This document shows, one piece after another, positions 1 to 12,354 of a stretch of DNA of 64,000 nt. This stretch comes from Squalus acanthias. Lineage: Eukaryota. The notes beneath the pieces are model-generated. The model had not been told where the DNA came from, made no database searches, and saw only the letters and a program-made list of their open reading frames with translations. A program made the translations under genes and the position numbers. Each line of letters begins with the position of its first letter. The stretch's first letter is position 1. The DNA lies in NCBI GenBank assembly GCA_030390025.1, contig CM059432.1, positions 105,340,001 through 105,404,000 on the forward strand, given 5' to 3'.

Positions 1-459
1 GGAGGAGTACAGTGCAGATTCACCAGAATGTTACCAGGACACCAAGGGTTAAATTCAGAGGCAAGATTACATAAACTCGGTTTGTATTCCCTAGAATAGA
101 GGAGGATTAAGGGGCGATTTCATGGGTCTTTTTTAGGAATTGACAGAGAGAAACTTTCCACTGGTGGGGGAGTCTAGGACAAGGGGACATATCAGAGCCA
201 GGCTATTTGAGAGAAGTTAGGAAACACTTCTTCAGCCAAAAGCACATTAGAAGTTTGGAACCCTCTCCCACAAATAGTAGATGCTAGCTCAATTACTAAT
301 TTTAAAATCAGAGATTGATAGATTTTTGCTAGACACTGGTATTAAGGGATCTGGAGCCAAAGCAGTTGCATGGAGTTAGGATACAGATCAGCCATGATCT
401 CATCAAATGGCAGAACAGGCTCAAGGGGCTGAATGGCCTACTGCTGTTCCTATGTTCCA
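1..459 (+). mobile_element. CR1 LINE 3' end fragment
   Basis: Decayed ORF2 C-terminus (VQCRFTRMLPG-like) and CR1 tail gatcagccatgatct...gaatggcctactgctgttcctatgttcc, matching other CR1 tails in the window. Confidence 0.85.
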
Positions 460-1009
460 CCTTTAAAAAGAATTCTCAAAACTTGTCTTGAGTCACATCT
501 TCCCCTACCACTGCTCAGTGCCCTTTGGACTTTCAATGCAAGCTGCCATTGTACTAAGCCCCACTTGAACCAGAAGTAAAAGTCTACCCTACCAAAAGTT
601 CACTGCTCCAGAGCCAAGAACAATTCAGTCAGAGCACCCCAAATTGTTAGCTCTGGAGTACATATAGTTTTTCCACAATAACCAATCATATTGCTATGTC
701 AGCCAATTGATAAGCAATTACTAAAAAGTAGTCACAAATTCATGCCCAGCTTCCAACTACAGACACAAAAGAGTCCAAACTAAAAAAAACTGAGGGTGAA
801 GTTAGAGTTATGAGGCAGATTAGGAAACTTGGCATTCAGCACGCCCAATTATGATGGAACTGCAAACAGCAAAGCAAATAGAATGCTGAACTACAGTCAA
901 AATAGTTTCTCTCTATCCATCAATTCCTAAAAAAGACCCATGAAATCGCCCCTCAATATGCCAGGGAATACAAACCGAGTTTATGTAATCTCACCTCCTA
1001 ATTTAACCC

Positions 1010-1510
1010 TTGGCGCACTGGTAACATTCTGTACAGTGCCTTGGTCAAACCACACCTAGTGTACTGCATGCAACTCTGGATAGTGAGACAGGAGATCAAG
1101 CCCTGGGTACAGTGCAGAAAGGAGCTACAAAACTGATCCCTGGTGTCAAACTGAGTAATTAGGAAATACTGGAGGAACGTGGACTTTTCAGCAATGAAAG
1201 GTGGCGACCGTAGAGACATACAAGAAAGCAAACAAACATTGTAGAAAAAGGCAAGTCTGAAACACTACATCAAATTAAAGCATAACCATAGAATAAAAGG
1301 GACACAAGTTGAAACTAGTAAAAAGAAAATTTAGAACTGATGTCAAGAGTCCTTTACAGAAAGCAATTAACACTTGAAAGATTCGTGGGTAGATCATTGA
1401 GGCAAAATTTTAATAAAGTTAGATGCTACGATGGGAATCTGTAGCTTCTGTTTGAATTGGAGAACCAAGATGGGTTGAATGGCCTTCCTCATTCGTATCT
1501 ACTTGCGATC
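1010..1510 (+). mobile_element. Old degenerate CR1 LINE 3' fragment
   Basis: ctgtacagtgccttggtcaaaccacacctagtgtactgc (LYxALVKPHLxYC motif) and tail gggttgaatggcctt; heavily diverged. Confidence 0.6.
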
Positions 1511-2544
1511 TTCCTGCATGCTTGTTTTCTTAACTCCAATGAAAGAAGATTTTGCAATGGAGGTTCCAAGTCACAAGTGTTTCAAAGAGGAAGTTAATTA
1601 CATTGGAAAGTTTTGCAGAATGTGGTTTTAAAGAAACAACTTGGCCATAATGTGATCAAGCATTTTACAATCACTTGCTACCCTCCAAAGAAAATGCCCC
1701 TTACTTACCTGCAAAGGAGCTCAAAATTTCTCACAAAAGTATGATATTCAATCATATTTTTTCTTCATTAGTTTCTCACATAAAATACAGCCCCAGCTCA
1801 ACTACTCTACCCAAGAAACATTAGCAGTTGATTTTTAATGGAGTCAGCAGTGAAGCAAAGGTGTTTGCTGCTGGCTTCCAAGTACACTTCGGACAAGGAT
1901 TTTGCGATTCCTGTGTCAAGAACTTTGGGTTTTCCAACCTTCAATTCAAATCAACCGAGTACAGTGGGGACCCCCTTGTATGAACTGCTGTGATGTCAAC
2001 AGGCTGTCAGCAAATCAAAGCGCAGAATTCTCAGACAGACAGCGAACAAGGAAGTGGGTAAGCTCCTAAAATTCTAACTTTTTAGAAATGTTAGAGAGAG
2101 TAAAAGAAAGATTCAGGCTCTCGCATGGGAAAAAGGCAAACCTGAACAAAAAAAATCTTTGACAAAATGTTTAAAGTTTTATTAAGAATGGAGAAATGTC
2201 ACACTGCACAAACTTACAATTCGTTTTCCAGGCCCTAAACGTGTGTGTGTACATGTGTGTACGTGTGTGTGCACACACAGCGCAGCCTGTTTCTGAGCTC
2301 CCATTGACAGAGTGCAACTTCAGGATTTCCGCATGTGCCTGTGCATGGGCCAAATCCCAAAGTTGTGGTCAGCTTCAAACATGGAGTGACGGCAAATGCT
2401 GCCAGTTTCCAGTCATCCCGACCGCAAATTCTGGGCCATTCTGTTTCGGGAGAATGACTTCCATGTCCCCCACTGACATTTCTACACGGTTTTCTTTAAG
2501 CCCACTGGACGATGGGGGAAGGGGTGGATAACACTTGGGAATCA

Positions 2545-4700
2545 ACATAAGAAACAGGAGCAGGAATAGGCCACTTGGCCCCTCGAGCCTGCTCCACCAT
2601 TCAATATCATGGCTGATCTTGGGCTCAAAGCCACTTCCCTGCCCGCTCCCCATAACCCTTCACTCCCTTATCTTGTAAAAATTTGTCTATCTCCACCTTA
2701 AATATATTTAATGACCCAGCCTCCACAGCTCTCTGGGGCAGAGAACTCCACAGATTTACGACCCTCAGAAGAAATTCCTCCTCATCTCAGTTCTAAAAGG
2801 GCGACCCTTTATTCTAAAACTATGCTCCCACGTTCTAGATTTCCCCACAAGGGGAAACATCCTCTCTGCATCTACCTTGTCGTGCCCCCTCAGTATCTTA
2901 TATGTTTCAATAAGATCACCTCTCATTCTTCTAAATTCCAATGAGTATAGGCCCAGCCTGCTCAACCTTTCCTCATAAGTCAACCCCCTCATCTCTGGAA
3001 TTAACCTACTGAATCATCTCTGAACTGCCTCCAATGCAAGTATATCCTTCCTTAAATAAGGAGACCAAAACTGTACGCAGTACTCAAGGTGTGGTCTCAC
3101 CAATACCTTGTACAGTTGTAGCAGGACTTCCCTGCCTTTATACTCCAACCCTTTTGAAATAAAGGCCAACATTCCATTTGCCTTTTTGATTACTTGCTGT
3201 ACCTGCATGCTAACTTTTTGTGTTTCATGCACAAGGACACCCAGGTCCCTCTGAACTATAGCATTTTGTAATCTCTCATTTAAATAATAAATTTGCTTTT
3301 TTATTTTTCCTGCCAAAGTGGATAACCTCACACTTTCCCACATTATACTCCATCTGCCAAATGTTTGCCCACTCACTTAGCCTGTCTATATCCTTTTGCA
3401 GGTTCTTTCAATCCTCTACACAACTTGCTTTCCCACCCATCTTTGTATCATCCACAAACTTGGCTACATTACACTCGGTCCCTTCATCCAAGTAGATGTA
3501 GATTGTAAATAGTTGAGGCCCCAGCACCGATCCCTGTGGCACCCAACTAGTTACTGTTTGCCAACCGGAAAATGACCCATTTATCCCGACTCTCTGCTTT
3601 CTGTTAGTTAGCCAATTCTCTATCCATGCTGATATATTACCCCCAACTCCGTGAGCTCTTATCTTATGCAGTAAACCTTTTGTGGCACCTTATCGAATGC
3701 CTTCTGGAAATCCAAATACACCACATCCACTGGTTCACCTTTGTCCTCCCTGCTCGTTACCTCCTCAAAAAGAACTCCAGCAAGTTTGTTAAACCATGCG
3801 GACTCTGCTTGACTGCATTATGATTTTCCAAATGCCCTGCTACTGCTTCCTTAGGTGAAGGACTCCAGCATTTTCGACTAACTGGTCTATAGTTTCCTGC
3901 TTTCTGTCTCCCTCCTTTCTTAAATAGGGGTGTTACATTTGTGGTTTTCCAATCCACTGGGACCTCTCCAGAGTCCAGGGAATTTTGGTATATTGCAACC
4001 AATTCATCCACTATCTCTGCAGCCACTTCTTTTACGACCCTGGGATGCAGGCCATCTGGTCCAGGGGACTTGTCATCTTTTAGTCCCATTATTTTACCAA
4101 GTACTATTTCCTTAGTGATGGTCTTTAGTTCCCCCCTCTCTGTGGCCCCTTGATTATCCATTATTGGGATGTTGTTAGTGTCTTCTACTATGACGACAGA
4201 TACAAAATATTTGTTCAGAGTCTCTGCCATTTCCCCATTATTAATTCCCCAGTCTCATCCTCTAAGGGACCAATGTTTACTTTAGCTACCCTCTTCCTTT
4301 TATATACTTGTAGAAGCTCTTACTATCTGTTTTAATGTTTCTTACCAGGTTACTCTCATAATTGATCTTCATTTTTTTTTTAAGTCATCCTTTACTGGTT
4401 TTAAAAAATTTCCCAATCCTCTGGTCTCCCACCAATCTTGGCAACATTGTATGCCTTCGTTTTCAATTTGATACCATCCTTTACTTCCTTAGTTAGCCAC
4501 GGATGGTGCTCCCTTCTCTTAAAATCTTTGGAATATATTTTTGTTGAGAGTTATGAAATATCTCCTTAAATGTCCACCACTGCATTTCAACCGTCTTACC
4601 CTTTAATTTATTTTTCCAGTCCACTTTAGCCAGTTCTGCCCTCATGCCACTGTAATTGCCTTTGTTTAAGATCAGGACACTGGTCGGAGATACAACTTTC
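2545..4700 (-). mobile_element. 5'-truncated CR1 LINE with broken ORF2 (RT region)
   Basis: Minus-strand ORFs 2765-4717 contain [33 protein letters not shown] and RRMRGDLIE; 3' tail ttcttatgtt at about 2545. Confidence 0.92.
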
Positions 4701-4820
4701 TCATAAAACCATTGCATGTCAGAACACTCGCAGCTGCAGGCATAAAAAGACGATCAAGTTACCCTGTGCATTAGCTGGGGGAGAAGAGAGACCTGATGTT
4801 AAGCAGAACATATATGGGTT

Positions 4821-4955
4821 GAGTTCTGATGAAAGGTCATTGACCTGAAAAGTTGACTTTCTCTCAACACAGATGCTGCTTGACCTGTGAAGTATTGCCA
4901 GCATTTTTTGTTTTTAACTTCAGAATTCCACCATCCACAGTAATTTGCTTTTATG
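4821..4955 (+). mobile_element. Penelope terminal remnant with degenerate hammerhead motif
   Basis: Similar to 18777-18912; CTGATGA-aaggtcattgacct-GAAA at 4826-4850, with stem III mutated. Confidence 0.75.
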
Positions 4956-4957
4956 CT

Positions 4958-5655
4958 GGGGTAGAGTTTATGCTCGTTTACGCCAGCAATATCAGCGCAA
5001 TCTGGGCGGAATCAGCCGAACGACGCAAAAGGTATGGGAATTTTAAATATGACCGAGTTACGCCCAAAACCACTTATGCTCGTGTTTTCTGTGATCTTTT
5101 ATGCTGGTTTAAGATTCACTCCACTCAGATCAGGCCCCGCCCACAAAACTGGCCACAACCCAGGTCGAAATTGCAAGACTCCGCCGATTGCGCTGGTTAG
5201 GGAAGGCTCTTAAAATTGCGCTGATTTTCTTGGTGCACAGGCACTATAGTCCATTTTAAAAGTTTTCATATCAAAAAAAACTAAGAAACTGACTAATGTA
5301 CACCAATACTATTAAATGGTTCAGTACAGTTCTTTAAAGTCATTTGCAGTGATTGTAAGTCAGGTTGCTCACAGGTGGAGGATTGGACACTTAATAAAAA
5401 TGCTTATTTTGCAGTAAACCCATTTTCAGTTGTATTAATAAAACTGCACCAGGTTACCACTCTTAAATACATCAAGGATTAAAGAAACAATTACTTTCTA
5501 TTACGCTACCTGATTGCACTGGTTCATTGAAGATTTTAGGTTTGTGATTATGCAAATGAATTTAGTCGAAACTTGAACTGTAACCTAACTAGTGCAATTG
5601 CGAGCCCACTTTGGGTGGAATCACCCAATTGCACGCAAAGCAGAAACTCTACCAC
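4958..5655. mobile_element. MITE, probably PIF/Harbinger-type
   Basis: Imperfect terminal inverted repeats GGGGTAGAGTTT / AAACTCTACCAC; no coding capacity. Confidence 0.6.
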
Positions 5656-6076
5656 ATAGTAAAGATGACATCCAAAGTTGTGCTTCTTCGGAGCTCAGTT
5701 TGCAGTAGTTTTCAGCTCCAAGCTAGCTCCTTGCTGAGCGCTGAGCACAGCAAGTGAAGCAGGAGCAGGCTGCTAAATAGGATAATCTGGACCTTTGCTG
5801 TTCTTGGAGCAATGGAGATCCAGCCATTTATATTAGAGAGTGGTGGTGGTGGGGGCATACTTACTATTGCCTGTACTCTAATATAGCCTTTAGTTGAACT
5901 CCTGTTGCACAATTTTAGACAAAACTTGGCAAAAGCAAACATGTGGGAAGCAGTTACGACAAGGCACTTATTGAAGAGAAGGTAGTTCTCCCCAACGAAC
6001 ATGGCAGCAACCTGAGAATAGAGCTTGGAGGGAGCTGTTCACATGTGTCTGCAAAGAAGGGTGCACATTCACTCAG

Positions 6077-6402
6077 CACACATACACCTACCCCATCTCA
6101 CACATACACCTACCCCATCTCCACACATACACCTACCCCATCTCCACACATACACCTACCCCATCTCCTCACATACACCTACCCCATCTCTTCACATACA
6201 CCTACCCCATCTCTTCACATACACCTACCCCATCTCTTCACATACACCTACCCCATCTCTTCACATACACCTACCCCATCTCTTCACATACACCTACCCC
6301 ATCTCTTCACATACACCTACCCCATCTCTTCACATACACCTACCCCATCTCTTCACATACACCTACCCCATCTCTTCACATACACCTACCCCATCTCTTC
6401 AC
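6077..6402. repeat. 23-bp minisatellite (CACATACACCTACCCCATCTCTT), about 14 copies
   Basis: Tandem unit read directly from the sequence. Confidence 0.95.
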
Positions 6403-6769
6403 AGTGAATGGACTGAACTGGAAACTGTATTCTTATGTTGGGAAGGCAAACTACTTACTGTAAAACCCAGTGCAACTTCACAACAGATTTGTGTGTCTTG
6501 CAATCTTAGTGGCTCTGTTTAAATACTGGTACTCTCATTTTTGAGTGTCACAAATACAATTTTCACAGTACACGTGTTTAATGCTATGTACTTAAATATG
6601 GCAGATCACTCAATACGTTCTAAAAAGGTAGCTCTTTGGCAAAATTACTTCCCATCATATATTTCATCTAGTTCCTTAGGGTAAAAAAATTGATCACAAA
6701 ACAAGAAACAAGGTACAAGAATTTCAAAAAATTGAAAATGCTGACAGGAGTCTTGAAGGCTCAATAAAA

Positions 6770-6886
6770 GGGATATGAGGATAGTGCAGGAAAGTGGAGT
6801 TGAGGTCGAAGATCAGCCATGATCTTATTGAATGGCTGAGTAGGCTCGAGGGGCCGAATGGCCTACTCCTATTTCTTATGTTCTTA
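6770..6886 (+). mobile_element. CR1 3' tail fragment
   Basis: gatcagccatgatcttattgaatggc...ggcctactcctatttcttatgttctt. Confidence 0.8.
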
Positions 6887-7029
6887 AAAAATAGCATGTA
6901 CAGTACACACCATTTGACAACAGCAGCTTAAGTGCAGAAATGATGTAGGTGAGAAAGTGTCAATGTTTGAAATATGCATATAAAAAAAGTTACATCATTA
7001 AGTGTAACTCAGGTTCTTTCTTCATCTCT

Positions 7030-7740
7030 TCTCCAGCATCTGCAAGGCTCAAGTCAGGCATGTGATGCAATACTCACCGCATGTGATGCAATACTCACCA
7101 CTTGTGACAACAACAACAAGTATTTAAATAGCACCTTTAATGTAGTAAAACATCCCAAGGCACTGCACAGGAGTATTTTAAGACAAAAAATTTGACACTG
7201 AGCCCCATAAGAATAAATTAGGGCAGGTGACCAAAAGCTTGGTCAAAGAGGTAGGTTTTAAGGAGCTTAAAAAGGAGGAGAGGTAGCGAGGTTTATGCAA
7301 TACTCAAGAAACTAAATACCATCCAGGACAGAGCCATGCACTTGATCTATACCCCTACCATTGAACCCAATATTTCCCCTCCACTATTGTGGCTGTAATA
7401 TATACAACCTACAGGATGCACTGCAGTGACTCACCAAGGTTACTCCCAGTAACCAGCTGCTGCTGATGGATGGTGCTCAGAAAGCCACCCTCCCCGTGAC
7501 CTCTTATCACAAAGAATTGCAGCAGGTATGTTATGGGAACAGCATCACCTCCAATTAACACTATCCAGATGTGGATATATATCACTTCATCATCCTAGAA
7601 TTCCCTACGCAACACGATCATGGGACCATCACAAAATTGCAGTGGTTCATTGAGATGGCCCACCACTACTTTCTCAAGCAAAATAGGAATGGAACTATAA
7701 ACGTTGCTTTATCACACCAACATGCCAAGAACAAGTAAAA
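7030..7740 (+). mobile_element. Old CR1/L2-group LINE (family B) 3' fragment, interrupted by a minus-strand L2 tail at about 7105-7290
   Basis: Degenerate match to 10080-10615; the inner segment matches the L2 tail at 30049-30240. Confidence 0.6.
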
Positions 7741-7749
7741 ATATATATT

Positions 7750-8045
7750 TTTAAGTGTAGTGACTTATGTAGCAAACGCGGTAGCCACAAGAACAAGATG
7801 AATGACGCAGTTACTCTGCCTTGAGGTAATGAGAGCTGAGAGGAATGTTGGCCAGAACACAGAATTCCCGGTTCTCCAAATAGTGCCACGGGATCTTTAT
7901 CATACACCTCAACAAGCAATTTAATGACTTAACTAAGGATGGCACCACTAACAGTTAGTGCTTCCCAAGTACTACACCAGGGTATATCTTATTTAAAAAC
8001 ATAATCTGGGACCCACAAACTTCTGACCCAAAGGTGAGACAGTTT
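7750..8045 (-). mobile_element. Degenerate DeuSINE copy
   Basis: Colinear similarity to 63375-63735 (aagtgtagtgact, aatagtgccacgggatcttt, ggatggcacc). Confidence 0.55.
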
Positions 8046-8329
8046 GACTAGTCATGGCATAAGAAAATGCAAGGAAGATCACTACTCCAGCTTTGCAAAG
8101 GGAAGAGTGGGGTGGATGGTGCGGACAGGGGTAGGCATGCATTGCCACATAGCTCCATTGAGAAAGGGGGATGACAATCCAAGGTCACCCAAGTCAGGAA
8201 ATAGACACTACTGGTTAAGTATGCACCAGTACCCAGCTAATAGCTATTTTCCTCCTGCCCCCCACAAAACCTGCAGATTGCCTCCTCAGCTCCCTCCCCC
8301 ACCATCCCAGTCTATCTTAGCACACACAG

Positions 8330-10620
8330 GAGTGCAAAAGACAAAGCTGAAGCATTTGCAACCATCTTCAGCCAGAAGTACTGACTGGATGATCCATATC
8401 GGCCTCCTCCGGAGGTCCCCCACAATCACAGATGCCAGTCTTCAGCCAATTCGATTCACTCTACGGGATATCAAGAAATATCTGAGCGCACTGGATATAG
8501 CAAAGGCTATGGGCCCAGACAACATGCCAGCTGTAGGGCTGAACACTTGTGCTCCAGAACTAGCCATGCCTCTAGCCAAGCTGTTCCAGTACAGCTACAA
8601 CACTGGCATCTACCTGACAAAGTGCAAAATTGCCCAGGTATGTTCTGTCCACAAAAAGCAGGACAAATCCAATCTGGCCAATTACCACCCCATCAGCCTA
8701 CTCTCAAATCAGCAAAGTGATAGAAGGGGTCATCGGCACTGCTATCAAGTGACACTTAGGGCTGGATTTTCAATGACCCGTGGAGTCGGGTTTGGAGGCG
8801 TGTGGGGGGTTAAAGTTGCAGATTCGGGGGTCCTGACCCCATGCAATTTTGACAAAAATCAGTCGCGGGGTTCCCGACTCCGTCCCGCCTCCAAGAGGCG
8901 GGAGAGGCCATTAAAGCCCTTAACAAGTCCTAAATTGGCTCTGTAATGCCATTTTGAAACGTTTTAGCTAGTTTAACCCTTTTCCGACGTGAAGTACGCC
9001 TGATGTGAAACACGCCAGTGAAACCTGGCGTGAGCACAAGTGGATAGCTGACTATCAGCTGCAGGTCCACTATCACAACAGAGATGTGATGAAGGTAGTA
9101 GTAGTATTAGGTCTGATGCTGCTGCATTGCTTGGTTGCAAAAAAATCTCTCTCTCGGAGACCAGGCAGTCTCTGACCTGCAATGATGACATCATCAGAGG
9201 CAACTTTCAGACTGAAACCACTAATTGGTTCATGGGTTCCTACATGCTGGAACTCAATTGCCCAATTAAGTGAAAATTGCATCAATCTCCCACATCCAAT
9301 TGCAGACGGGTGGATAACACGAAATGCAGATGACACAACCCCAACCCGCCCCAGTATCAAAATCCAGCCCATACTCACCAGTAACTTGTACACCACTGCT
9401 CAGTTTGGGTTCTGCCAGGACCACTCGGCTCCAGACCTCATTACAGCCTTGGTCCAAACATGGACAAAAGAGCTGAATTCCAGAGGGGAGGGTGACTGCC
9501 CTTGACATCAAGGCAGCATTTGACCGAGTATGGCATCAAGCAAACTTAGAAAAATTGAAGTCAATGGGAATCAGGGGGAAAGCTCTGCACTAGCTGGAGT
9601 CATACCAAGCACAAAGGAAGATGGTTGCAGTTGTTGGAGACCAATCATCTCAGTCCCAGGACATCGCTGCAGGAGTTCCTCAGGGCAGTGTGCTCGGCCC
9701 AACCATCTTCAGCAATGACCTTCCCTCCACCAGAAGGTCAGAAATGGGGATGGTCGCTGATGATTGCACAGTGTTCAGTTCCATTCACAACTCAGATAAT
9801 GAAGCAGTCCGTCCCCACATGCAGCAAGACCTGGACAACATTCAGGCTTGGGCTGAATAGTGGCAAGTAACATTCACGCCACACAATTGCCAGGCAATGA
9901 CCATCTCCAACAAAAAAAAGTGTCTTGATAGCTCACCTTGACATTCAACGAGATTACCATCAATGAAATTACCATCGCCAAATCCCCCACCATCAACATC
10001 CTGGCTAGAAGAGGTGGTCAAAAGCTGGATACTTTGCAGCGAGTGACTCACCTCCTGACTCCTGAAGCCTTTCCACCACATACAAGGCACAAGTCAGGAG
10101 TGTGATGGAATACTCTCCACTTGCCTGGATGAGTGCAGCTCCAACAACACTCAAGAAGCTCGACACCATCCAGGACAAAGCAGCCCGCTTGATTGGTACC
10201 CCATCCACCAGCCTAAACATTCACTCCCTTCACCACCGGCACACTGGCTGCAGTGTGTACCATCTACAAGATGCACTGCAGCAACTCACCAAGGCTTCTT
10301 CAACAGCACCTCCCAAACCCACGACCTCTTACCACCTAGAAGGACAAGGGCAGCAGGTGCATGGGAACACCATTACCTGCAAGTTTCCCACCAAGTCACA
10401 CACCATCCTGGCTTGGAAATATATCGCTGTTCCTTCATCGTCGCTGGGTCAAAGCCCTGGAACGCCCTCCGTTACAGCACTGTGGGAGCACTCTCACTTC
10501 ACGGACTGCAGCAGTTCAAGGCGGCGGCTCACCACCACCTTCTCAAGGGCAACTAGGGATGGATAATAAATGCTGGCCTTGCCAGCGATGCCCACATCCC
10601 ATGAACAAATAATAAAAAGG
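8330..10620 (+). mobile_element. 5'-truncated CR1/L2-group LINE (family B) with broken RT, interrupted by a MITE
   Basis: KAMGPDN, NYHPISLLS, QFGF, GVPQGSVLGP, ADD motifs; 3' tail cccacatcccatgaacaaataataaaa. Confidence 0.85.
8759..9370. mobile_element. Harbinger-type MITE (family M1)
   Basis: 12-bp TIRs GGGCTGGATTTT / AAAATCCAGCCC; flanks TTA / ATA (3-bp TSD with one mismatch); host LINE resumes across it. Confidence 0.88.
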
Positions 10621-10639
10621 CTTCCTTAAAAATTCACAC

Positions 10640-11300
10640 AAACTACTTGTGTTTATGTTCCACACGAGCTTCCTCCCACCTTACTTTACTCTACCTATCA
10701 ACATATCTTTCTATCCCTTTCTCCCTCATGTACTTATCTAGCTTCCCCTTAAATCCATCTATGCTATTCACCTCAACCACGATGTAGTAACAAGTTCCAC
10801 ATTCTCACCACTCTGAGTAAAGAAGTTTCTCCTGAATTGGATTTATTAGTGGTTATCTTCTATTTATGACCCCTAGTTTTGGTAACCCCAAGTGGAAACA
10901 TTGGCAGCCCACTCAATGGAACTGAATATCAGGCGCTGCGTATAATGGGTGGCAGATCAGATACTGCCCCTTTTGCGCCATCGCGAGAGATGAATTTCTA
11001 GGCCATCTTCTCTATGTCTACCCTATCAAATCCGTTCATAATGTTAAAGACTTCTATCAAGTCATCCCTCAGCCTTCTCTTTTCTAAAGAGAGTCCCGGC
11101 CTGTTCAGTCTCTTGTTGTACCTTTTCAGTTCTGGTATCATCCTTGTAACTCTCCCCTAACCCCACTTTCTCCAGTGCTTCTATATCAGTTTTGTAATAT
11201 GGAGACTGGAATTTTGCACAGTACTCCAAGTGTGGTCTAACCAAGAATCTATAAAAGTTTAACATAACTGCTCTGCTTTTGAATTCTATTCCCCTAGAAG
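10640..11300 (-). mobile_element. Degenerate CR1 3' fragment
   Basis: ORF 11062-11334 has RGIEFKS...LVRPHLEYCAKF. Confidence 0.75.
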
Positions 11301-11778
11301 AACTGATGTGGTCCTGGACACATACATAACCCACATCACTAGAGTAGCATTATGGGCAGGCGGGACAGAGGAGGGAGGGAAAAGAGAATGAGATATACCA
11401 GACATGGTAGATAGCTACAAGGCTGAAAATACTGCCATGAGGTCATTACCCCAAAAAAGAGGTGGAGAATGACATTTTTTTTTAATTTTAAAGACAGAAG
11501 AGGTTGTGGAGAATTACACCACATAAAAAAAGTTAGTATTTCCTTCTTTAACCATAAAGTTTTCTTCAAACAGCAGTGGGAGATTTAAGTTAAAAAAAGA
11601 GATTCAAAAGTAGCAAGAAACTTAACTACATAGGTAACAGAAACGTCCCCTACAGTCTCGAAATGACTTGTCTGTTGCATAAAGAGCCACGATCAACGTG
11701 TTTGGCAAACCTCGGTTTATTTACAAACATATTCACAGCAAGGTCAATCACACCAGAGTACATCATTCCATTACTTAC

Positions 11779-11857
11779 CTCAATAAAGGAAAATGATACA
11801 ACTTCGCCCCAGCCTCATCAGAAAGATTTGCCAAACACTTGTCCACGAAGGCTATGT
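11779..11857 (-). CDS. Candidate coding exon 2 of an unidentified minus-strand gene: (D)IAFVDKCLANLSDEAGAKLYHFPLL
   Basis: Acceptor tttctttcaaaaag, strong donor GAG|GTAAGT at 11778; 79 nt, open, and in phase with exon 12206-12218. Confidence 0.45.
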
Positions 11858-12205
11858 CTTTTTGAAAGAAATATCGCAGATTTAAAGATAATGCAATTCT
11901 GCCATAAGAAAGCTACCTGTGCTCGAACAATACATGACCAATCTAGTTTACTGACACTGCCGTAAATTTTCAAACAGTTGATTTTGCTCTTTTAAAAATA
12001 AATCTAGGTTGTAAAACACCAGCATTAAAGCTTATGCTGACATCTCTCCACCAGCACGCAGCAAACGTGCCATTAAATACGAATGAAAACCCTCACCAAA
12101 CCAAGCTCATCTCAGCTGGCTGATCAGCTGGAGTCGCGTTTGTCCATTTTATCCACAGGGAAGGCAATTAAACCTATTCTTAAAACAATCCGAACGTCAC
12201 CTTAC

Positions 12206-12218
12206 CTTCAACAGCCAT
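12206..12218 (-). CDS. Candidate first coding segment (ATG GCT GTT GAA G; MAVE) of the minus-strand gene
   Basis: Kozak-like ataATGG, donor AAG|GTAAGG, about 150 bp downstream of the promoter motif cluster. Confidence 0.5.
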
Positions 12219-12354
12219 TATATCAACGACTCTTTAATCTGAACATTATTCATTTAATGCCACTACAGCAATATCTTGAACGAAGGAACTCTTCCAAAAT
12301 ACAGGATTCTTTGCAGCTGGTGTCGCCCAAACCCGACTCAACCTGCACAAGACA

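Noticed and set aside
1703..1810. Minus-strand donor CAG|GTAAGT as a third coding exon
   Set aside because: Stops in the frames compatible with the plausible acceptors, and no convincing acceptor
5943..6522. His/Thr/Pro-rich ORFs
   Set aside because: Translation of the 23-bp minisatellite
6453..6680. Minus-strand donor ACA|GTAAGT with nearby acceptors
   Set aside because: Phase incompatible with exon 11779-11857, or immediate stop codons
8044..8946. 300-aa ORF as a host gene
   Set aside because: Chance read-through of unique DNA, LINE ORF2 and MITE sequence
12206..12218. Assigning MAVE... to GLMN, KIF18B or CD63
   Set aside because: Only the first 4-5 residues agree; the following peptide does not match my recollection of those proteins, so no symbol is given
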